53,277 bases of DNA from a virus (lineage: Duplodnaviria; Caudoviricetes). Under the pieces are notes generated by a model that saw nothing but the letters and a program-made list of their open reading frames with translations, searched no databases and was not told the DNA's origin. The DNA is taken from IMG/VR virus record IMGVR_UViG_3300002053_000026, positions 1 through 53,277 of that record. One strand, 5' to 3'. Below, piece after piece: positions 46,923 through 53,277 of this stretch (position 1 is the stretch's first letter; each line of letters starts with the position of its first letter). Position numbers and translations under genes: made by a program.

Positions 46923-47906
46923 CTACAAAATTACTTTTCTCTGAATTTCATCAATAAATGAATTTTCGCTACTTCCGTCGGTATCAGCTTTCAGCCTGAT
47001 AGATTCTAATACTTTTGTTATGCCATTCTTAACATTGGCGGATTCAAAATCCTTTGGACCAATTCCGGAGTTAAGAAAGTTGGTTTTAAATTCATCTAAC
47101 ATTTTCTCTACTTCATTGTCTTCAAAGATATTCATTTCTTTAAATCGATCAACGTATTTTCGAAAGCACCCTATAGATCTGGGGGTTAATTTTTTACTCT
47201 CTGTTTCTTCTCCAAATGGTTTCCCATTAATGCGAGCAGTCATTAGGTCGCAGAATTTGACAGTTTCTTGTCTCATTGATGTTACATACTCCTTCACAAA
47301 CCTACTTACTTCGTCCTGCATTTGCTTACGTAGTTCTTGCTCTTTCTCATTTATAATTTTTTGCTCAGTGATTATTTGGGTTGCACTAGTTTCTTCTATC
47401 GAGTTTAGTCCTGCTATTCTAAATGTAAACCACTGGAAAGCAAACTTTCCCCTTAATGTTTGTGGGTCACGCGGATAATGACCTTTTAAACATTTTTCCC
47501 AAAATTCTGGAAATTGTCCTTTGACTGTGCTTACTAACTTATCGAATCTAACTATAAGACTATCTATTCGCTGAAAGAATTCATCTTTTAACTCTTGTAA
47601 TTGTTGTTCAACACTAGGAAGCATTTTTATTGGTACAAAGTGAGAATTCGCTATGCCAAAAGGTACGGACCATTTCTCTAAAATTTTTCTAGCTCTCTGT
47701 TCTATTTGTGTGATTGCGGCCAGTTCTTCTTTTGGTATCATTAATTTTCTGCCCAGATTTACCAAATCTACTGGCAATGCATCTGGGTCATATCCAACCT
47801 TTAGAAGGTCAGCCCGTGTTAGCATTTTTCTACCACCCCATCGGCTTACTCTCAAATTGATAAGACAGCCGACTTCAAAAAGATTGATTGTGTTTTCGCT
47901 TTCCAT
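46923..47906 (-). CDS. DUF3150-like helical protein
   Basis: L.VS.W.G.K.L...DL......LP.DLV.LG.K.....E.L, FVP and YP....LR.KF.F.W motifs; next to the AAA gene. Confidence 0.7.
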   Translation of the reverse strand: MESENTINLFEVGCLINLRVSRWGGRKMLTRADLLKVGYDPDALPVDLVNLGRKLMIPKEELAAITQIEQRARKILEKWSVPFGIANSHFVPIKMLPSVEQQLQELKDEFFQRIDSLIVRFDKLVSTVKGQFPEFWEKCLKGHYPRDPQTLRGKFAFQWFTFRIAGLNSIEETSATQIITEQKIINEKEQELRKQMQDEVSRFVKEYVTSMRQETVKFCDLMTARINGKPFGEETESKKLTPRSIGCFRKYVDRFKEMNIFEDNEVEKMLDEFKTNFLNSGIGPKDFESANVKNGITKVLESIRLKADTDGSSENSFIDEIQRKVIL

Positions 47907-47918
47907 AATAATCTCCTA

Positions 47919-49478
47919 TTAATTTAATGTTACCTTTCTCTCGTTCGTGCGAGAAGATGAAATATTTTTTGTCAGATTGGCTGGTTTTGCATGTTCAGCA
48001 CACCATTGTCTTATTATTGACAAGCGCTCACCATCAGTTTTACAAAGTGGAATTATTTCGGAAATGGATGTCGTGAGATGTTCGGTTGATAATTCTGTTT
48101 TTTCTGAGAAAGCCAATTTTAGACTAAGTTTAACGATTTGTTCAATATCAGCACCGGTGTACCCACTCGTATTTTTGGCTAAATCTGGAATATTAAACTT
48201 ACTTGGGTTGCGATTTCTTTTGCTTAGATGAATAGAGAAGATTTCATATCGCTCCTGCTCATTTGGTAAATCCAGGCCATATATCTCATCAAACCGACCT
48301 TTTCTGGTTAGTTCTGGTGGTAAAGATTGTATTTGGTTTGCGGTTGCTATTGTATATATTGGTGATTTTCTGTCGTTTAACCATTTGATAAATGTACCGA
48401 ACACGCGACGGGATGAACCACCATCCATATCCCCAGTGCCACCAAAGCCCTTTTCAATTTCATCGACCTGTAAGACACAAGGAGCCATGCTTTCTAACAT
48501 TCTAAGTGCTTCTCTCATGTGGTTCTCAGATTCGCCCACATATTTATCCATCAAATTTCCAACGTCCATAGCTATTAATGGCAATTTTAGTTCAGATGCT
48601 ATCGCTGTTGATAGAAGTGTTTTTCCGCACCCAGGAATTCCGACCAACATTAATCCTCTTGGAAATTCAATGCCAAATTCACGTGCTTCGTTGGTGAAGC
48701 ATGGTTGATCTAATTTAACATGACGTTTAATTGCTTCATATCCGCCAACGTTATTTAAGCCACCATCTTGAGGTTCGACATATGTCAATAATCCTGATGA
48801 TCGGATTACTCCAGCTTTTTCCTCAATAATGGTCTTTACGGCGTCGAAATTTAATTCTTTATGTTTCCTTAATGTTAATGCGAGTCTATCTGTGATTTGT
48901 GATTGTGTCATACCCCGACATGCATCGATAATTTTTGGTATTATTTTATTGTCTAATTCGATTGATTGGTTAACCCCAGAACATACAAATTTAATTCTAT
49001 CATGTATGTGTTCATTGTCTGGCAATGCGAAATCTATACGTGTAATATCGTGTAAAAGCGGTTTTGGTACTCTAAATTCTGGACCAACGAAAATAATGGT
49101 CTGATATACCGAAGAAGCTATTCGTCTAATATCATCAAGGATACCTATTACTATATCATGATTTGGATATGTTTCATGCCACAAATATTCACCAAAATCG
49201 CGCAATATAAATATGGTTTCTTGATCAAATTCGAAAATAGCTTCTAGTTGTTGTTCTGGCTGTGCTGTCCGATTTGGTGCCTTATCTGGCTGACGACCAT
49301 TTATATCAGTCCATCCTCGCGAAATGGACCAAATATAAACTTTGCGACCGGTCTCGCCGATATCTGGTGTAATTTTTATTATGTCGGCTATTGCGCGATC
49401 TTTTTCAAAAGTATCGACATACAACAAAGTGTGACCAGAACATATGTAGTCTGTTATTGTTTTTTGAAAATTGTTCAT
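47919..49478 (-). CDS. Ycf46-like AAA+ ATPase (degenerate first AAA domain, intact second)
   Basis: FILRDF remnant, VGG, PRGLMLVGIPGCGKT, KYVGESE, PCVLQVDEIEKGF and ATAN....LPPEL.RKGRFDE. Confidence 0.9.
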   Translation of the reverse strand: MNNFQKTITDYICSGHTLLYVDTFEKDRAIADIIKITPDIGETGRKVYIWSISRGWTDINGRQPDKAPNRTAQPEQQLEAIFEFDQETIFILRDFGEYLWHETYPNHDIVIGILDDIRRIASSVYQTIIFVGPEFRVPKPLLHDITRIDFALPDNEHIHDRIKFVCSGVNQSIELDNKIIPKIIDACRGMTQSQITDRLALTLRKHKELNFDAVKTIIEEKAGVIRSSGLLTYVEPQDGGLNNVGGYEAIKRHVKLDQPCFTNEAREFGIEFPRGLMLVGIPGCGKTLLSTAIASELKLPLIAMDVGNLMDKYVGESENHMREALRMLESMAPCVLQVDEIEKGFGGTGDMDGGSSRRVFGTFIKWLNDRKSPIYTIATANQIQSLPPELTRKGRFDEIYGLDLPNEQERYEIFSIHLSKRNRNPSKFNIPDLAKNTSGYTGADIEQIVKLSLKLAFSEKTELSTEHLTTSISEIIPLCKTDGERLSIIRQWCAEHAKPANLTKNISSSRTNERKVTLN

Positions 49479-49663
49479 TGTTGAGGTTCCCTTTAATTGG
49501 AATGGATATTGGTACGGCTCTATTGAATTAATTCACGTAATGATATATTGATATAGGCATGAATATCGTTATTTGATTCGTAATAAATTTTTAAGGTGCC
49601 TAATCATTAAAAGTGTATCCTGTGAAAATTGAAATTTAATGATGTTGGACATGAGTTATTTTT

Positions 49664-49879
49664 CTATTCTTCAAGAATATTTTGTGCTTCAGACAATTCA
49701 TGTAGTGTTGCTGTTAGCTGAAATTTTAAATCAGTGATCAATAATGATATGTGCTCTAATAGTACTTCTAATTCGTCATCGTGTTTTGATGATTGTTTGC
49801 GGCTAATTAATCCATTCGGTTCTATATCACATCTATTTAAAATTTCTATTAATTTAGATGTAATTTGTTTGTTTGTCAT
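49664..49879 (-). CDS. Hypothetical protein
   Basis: ORF. Confidence 0.5.
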   Translation of the reverse strand: MTNKQITSKLIEILNRCDIEPNGLISRKQSSKHDDELEVLLEHISLLITDLKFQLTATLHELSEAQNILEE

Positions 49880-49932
49880 AATTTATTATATGTTTATCAC
49901 CAAGGCTATTTGATAATTTTAGTTCTTTATGT

Positions 49933-50199
49933 TTATCGGCCAACAATTTTTGGATCTATGTTTGTCCCAGAGACATCGGCGCCATATTGCACGTCACCGC
50001 AATCCGCAAGGACATAGCCAAGTTTGCGAAGAATGGTAAATCCCTTTCTGCGGTCATCTGTGTTTTTTAGTTGATTTGCTAATGCTCCTATAATTTCCTT
50101 GCGAATGACAACAATTGTTTCACCATTTACGACATCTATCTTGTCAATTCGGAACGCTGGATTATTGACGACCGTGTTCTGTGCTTGCGACATTTTCAT
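49933..50199 (-). CDS. Hypothetical protein
   Basis: ORF with AGGAG RBS. Confidence 0.55.
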   Translation of the reverse strand: MKMSQAQNTVVNNPAFRIDKIDVVNGETIVVIRKEIIGALANQLKNTDDRRKGFTILRKLGYVLADCGDVQYGADVSGTNIDPKIVGR

Positions 50200-50282
50200 T
50201 GCTCCTGTTTAAAATAAATTTATACCCATTAACATAACCGATCTTTAGCTAACAGAATTATACATTTAACCTTCTAGTTTGT

Positions 50283-50489
50283 TCAAATTCTTTCGGACAT
50301 GCTGACAATATTTTTGCGAGAAATTACTTCAGTGTGATATTGTTTTTGTATTTCGCCTGTTTCTGAAAATTTTGAAGAACAGGTGTAATATGCAATAGTA
50401 ATATTTTTTGCATTTATAGAGATAATTTTACATGTGGAATAAACAGCGTCTTTGGTCATAAGAACGACTGTACTACCATCGTGGATCAT
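50283..50489 (-). CDS. Hypothetical protein
   Basis: ORF with GGAG RBS. Confidence 0.5.
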   Translation of the reverse strand: MIHDGSTVVLMTKDAVYSTCKIISINAKNITIAYYTCSSKFSETGEIQKQYHTEVISRKNIVSMSERI

Positions 50490-50510
50490 TGATTGATTCT
50501 CCGATTTTAT

Positions 50511-51467
50511 TTAACTTTTGTTAAGATAACGATTACCTACGACTTTTAATTGGACGCGACCTATCTCGTGGTGGGTGCGTTCGTGTACTGGTTTTATTAC
50601 GACGCCTTCGCGGTAATGATGCGCTCCGGGGTAGATACTATCCCCTTCTGCAAACGCTAGTATTTTTTCTTTATCAAAAGGACCACGATAAACCAAAGGA
50701 ACCCACGGTAATGGAGCACCAATTTTATGAGCTTCATCGTAGTTAAGCCATTGACTTCCTTTTAGAATATCAAAAGCAGCAAAATAAATTTCATCTTTTG
50801 TAGCACCATATTTTAAATTTTGGACTTGACCGAATACTTCGCCATATACTGCCATGCCCTGGTTTTGTCTACACCAAGCCTCAAGCACATCATAATTATT
50901 AAGAGCTTTCCACCAAAGATTATTTGAATCTTGTTTTTTCCAGTGTCGTCTTGAACCAGCGTACATTATATCATTTACACATACATAGCGGCTCGATGTT
51001 CCGTGCGTTTTTTCAGTCACAATTACTTCTTCATCATCAGTAAAATATCTAGAATATTTGCGAAAATTCAATACATCATAGACTGGGAAAAATCCTATGG
51101 GGGGAGATATGTTTTCTCCACCGGTACTGAAATGTCCACGTATTTCTGGTTCATAATGGACAATGCCTAATTGTTTCATGCAATCATCTCCAAGCTGAGT
51201 GCCAGACGGAGCAGGAATCAATAGGCCCATAGACCATTCACCACGAAATTTGCAAGCTTTGATGCGTTTGTGTTTACCTAGGAATTCGAATTCTTTGGTT
51301 TCTGGAACTACACTGTCTGGTGGAATATAAACAGCCAAATCACCATCATTCCATTCATTTGTTCGAACGACGCATTGAAAATCGTCAATTTTAACAACAC
51401 TCAGTGTATCCGCATTAGGGTGTGGTTCTAATTTTATTTTGACAACATCGCATGTATGATCTGACAC
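50511..51467 (-). CDS. RNA ligase, DRB0094 family
   Basis: N-terminal HPNADTL...VYIPPDS and S.GLL; EKTHG (motif I), YGEVFG, FDI, REGVVIK and LK. Confidence 0.88.
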   Translation of the reverse strand: MSDHTCDVVKIKLEPHPNADTLSVVKIDDFQCVVRTNEWNDGDLAVYIPPDSVVPETKEFEFLGKHKRIKACKFRGEWSMGLLIPAPSGTQLGDDCMKQLGIVHYEPEIRGHFSTGGENISPPIGFFPVYDVLNFRKYSRYFTDDEEVIVTEKTHGTSSRYVCVNDIMYAGSRRHWKKQDSNNLWWKALNNYDVLEAWCRQNQGMAVYGEVFGQVQNLKYGATKDEIYFAAFDILKGSQWLNYDEAHKIGAPLPWVPLVYRGPFDKEKILAFAEGDSIYPGAHHYREGVVIKPVHERTHHEIGRVQLKVVGNRYLNKS

Positions 51468-51667
51468 AATTTATCTCCATTTTCTCTATATAGTTGTCGG
51501 TACGGTACTCAGTTCTTTCGCTTCACTTGACCACAAACTAGTGATTTGAATCGTGTCTAATGCTTCACTAATAAGGATAGACGGTTTTATATCGTGAATT
51601 CGTTTGGCAGGTATATTGGTTATTGTCTGGAGACAATAGACCGCCTTTGCATATATGTTTCACTGCC

Positions 51668-52324
51668 CTATTTTGTTTCTATTTCATTAGTCAGTAAATT
51701 GAAATTAATTTCTTTGTCAAGAAGACATCCACGTAACCATTTGGTAAATTGAGATATTCTTATTCCAGCAGATATATTAGCGCAATATATAGTTGTTTTG
51801 GCTGTACATGAACCATTGTATGCTTCCGACTGAGGGAATAATGTTGTAAGGTAATGTTCACGAGAAGCTTCATCATAAACAGTGAATATTCTCATATATT
51901 CGGCGCTCATACGCCCATCTATAAATAAATCTGCATATTTTTGTGTTGCGTTGAATACAGTTTTTCTTGTGCTGATTTTATCTACACAACAGAATAATAT
52001 ACCACCAACAAAATAAAGTGGACTGAATTTTCTGTAAATAGCGGTAACTTCAGTCGTAGAATTTATAGCCATACAAACATCTTTTACAGCATCGACTTTT
52101 GGACGGCCCAAATCGGCTTCATAAAACCCCTGAGCAGCCAAATTTTCTACTTCAACTGTGTCAAAATCTATAATTGTTATGTTAGGTACACCGATCGCTG
52201 CTAGCTGAAGTGCTACCTGACGACCACCTGCACCTACCCCAACGACTGTTGCTCTGGTTTTAGATATTTTTTCAAACGGAACCAAATCCCTTTGTCTAAT
52301 ATCTCGATTGATTAAATTTTCCAT
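51668..52324 (-). CDS. ThiF/E1-like adenylating enzyme
   Basis: R..RQ, VVGVGAGG, DFD.VE..NL..Q, K, CVD....R, DGRM and a candidate catalytic Cys in SCTAK. Confidence 0.9.
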   Translation of the reverse strand: MENLINRDIRQRDLVPFEKISKTRATVVGVGAGGRQVALQLAAIGVPNITIIDFDTVEVENLAAQGFYEADLGRPKVDAVKDVCMAINSTTEVTAIYRKFSPLYFVGGILFCCVDKISTRKTVFNATQKYADLFIDGRMSAEYMRIFTVYDEASREHYLTTLFPQSEAYNGSCTAKTTIYCANISAGIRISQFTKWLRGCLLDKEINFNLLTNEIETK

Positions 52325-52494
52325 GTGGATTTTCCTCTATTATTAACAAATGCTGTTTCCATACACAAATTGCAATTCATACCCTTTGACAGTTGGTCTA
52401 GTCGCCATTTTGATTACATTGATTTATTAAACGGATAACACATGCTCTAGAAATAGACGATATACCCCACTGAGTATACCAATAGCTTTGTACA

Positions 52495-53277
52495 TTATTC
52501 CACTGGAGATTCGCGTTCATTCCAATATTTCTCTGCCCATTTGACGATTAATGATGGAAGATATTTTAACTTGCCATTTTTATTTGTCATGCGATCCTTG
52601 GCTATTTCACCAATATCATTGTACCATTGGTTATTAATTGGGTTATACATATACCATTCTTCGCTATTTTTATCCCAGAATTCAACGTCACAATCCATAT
52701 TCCAAAAACAATCTAGATTTTTCAATTCATCATCTATATCTGAGATATTGTATTTTTCTAATTCAATTGCCATACTATTTGCCATATTTATGGTGTATAA
52801 TTGTCTAACTTTTAATTTGTATTCATTTTCCCAGTTTTTATGTTCTGAGCCCCGAAATTCCTGACTAAAATCGACAGTTACTTTGAGTTGTTTGGTTATA
52901 CCTGGGCCTACATTCACCTTTAGGCGACAGTACGTTTCCCCATTCTTTGCAACAATTAACATGATTGCCCAATCCGGTGCACCAAAGGCTCTCTCAAAAT
53001 TTTCTTCATCGGCCGGGGACGGATGTGGAGAATTACCTGGGTGGGTGTGTGCTAAAATCCTGACCGACTGCCACATTGCTAAACCAGTATCAAGCATTAA
53101 ATCTTGATATTCGGCCAGATCGTTCGTATCTAGATCGAACGATGCGATCGTACACTTTTCTTTGATAAGGTTAAAATCTGTGACCAACAATGGGTCATTA
53201 GTTGCTGTGACACAGAATCCTGCCACTTCTGTATTTCCTTTGTCTCGCATCCATATAAGTTTACTCCATGCGTATGG
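52495..53277 (-). CDS. JAB/MPN (JAMM) metallo-isopeptidase, 5' end outside the window
   Basis: Frame is open to the window edge (PYAWSKLIWMRD..TEV.GF); JAMM motif HTHPG.S..PS..D. Confidence 0.88.
   Translation of the reverse strand, partial: PYAWSKLIWMRDKGNTEVAGFCVTATNDPLLVTDFNLIKEKCTIASFDLDTNDLAEYQDLMLDTGLAMWQSVRILAHTHPGNSPHPSPADEENFERAFGAPDWAIMLIVAKNGETYCRLKVNVGPGITKQLKVTVDFSQEFRGSEHKNWENEYKLKVRQLYTINMANSMAIELEKYNISDIDDELKNLDCFWNMDCDVEFWDKNSEEWYMYNPINNQWYNDIGEIAKDRMTNKNGKLKYLPSLIVKWAEKYWNERESPVE

Noticed and set aside
49871-49898. dif-like site GTTTGTCATAA-TTTATT-ATATGTTTATC for the Xer-like recombinase
   Set aside because: Only a partial match to the dif consensus, it overlaps a start codon and is plausible by chance in AT-rich DNA.
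51468-52494. Ubiquitin-like gene in the gaps flanking the E1 gene
   Set aside because: Only short or start-less frames are present, none with a beta-grasp-like pattern or a C-terminal Gly.
1-53277. All plus-strand ORFs in the supplied track (for example 13174..13818, 23185..23619, 47020..47478)
   Set aside because: They lie antisense to well-supported minus-strand genes and show no recognisable motifs; they are shadow ORFs.

Overview
AT-rich, gene-dense segment of a large dsDNA phage (or phage-derived element). Essentially every real gene is on the minus strand. In transcription order (right to left): (i) about 53.3-34.7 kb is an accessory region with a JAB/MPN peptidase, a ThiF/E1-like enzyme, a Ycf46-like AAA+ ATPase with DUF3150-, DUF1257- and DUF2997-like partners, two RNA ligases, three degenerate tRNAs plus a tRNA 3' half, a radical SAM enzyme, a frameshifted IMPDH/GMP reductase, an HNH endonuclease, a possible histone-fold protein and many small ORFs, several of them broken; (ii) about 34.7-33.6 kb is largely non-coding with inverted and direct repeats; (iii) about 33.3-7.5 kb holds an orphan BrxL-like ATPase, ThyX, a Xer-like recombinase, ClpP, a sigma factor, a trypsin-like protease, an intein-containing class II RNR, nucleases, RecA, dCMP deaminase, DnaB, primase, a dATP/dGTP diphosphohydrolase and an N-terminal-only DnaE; (iv) about 7.5 kb to the left edge is a sugar activation and modification cluster. 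No virion structural genes or CRISPR array are visible. The best candidate for a new system is a dispersed, phage-encoded ubiquitin-like conjugation and AAA+ module. Family assignments come from motif recognition by eye, not from database searches.
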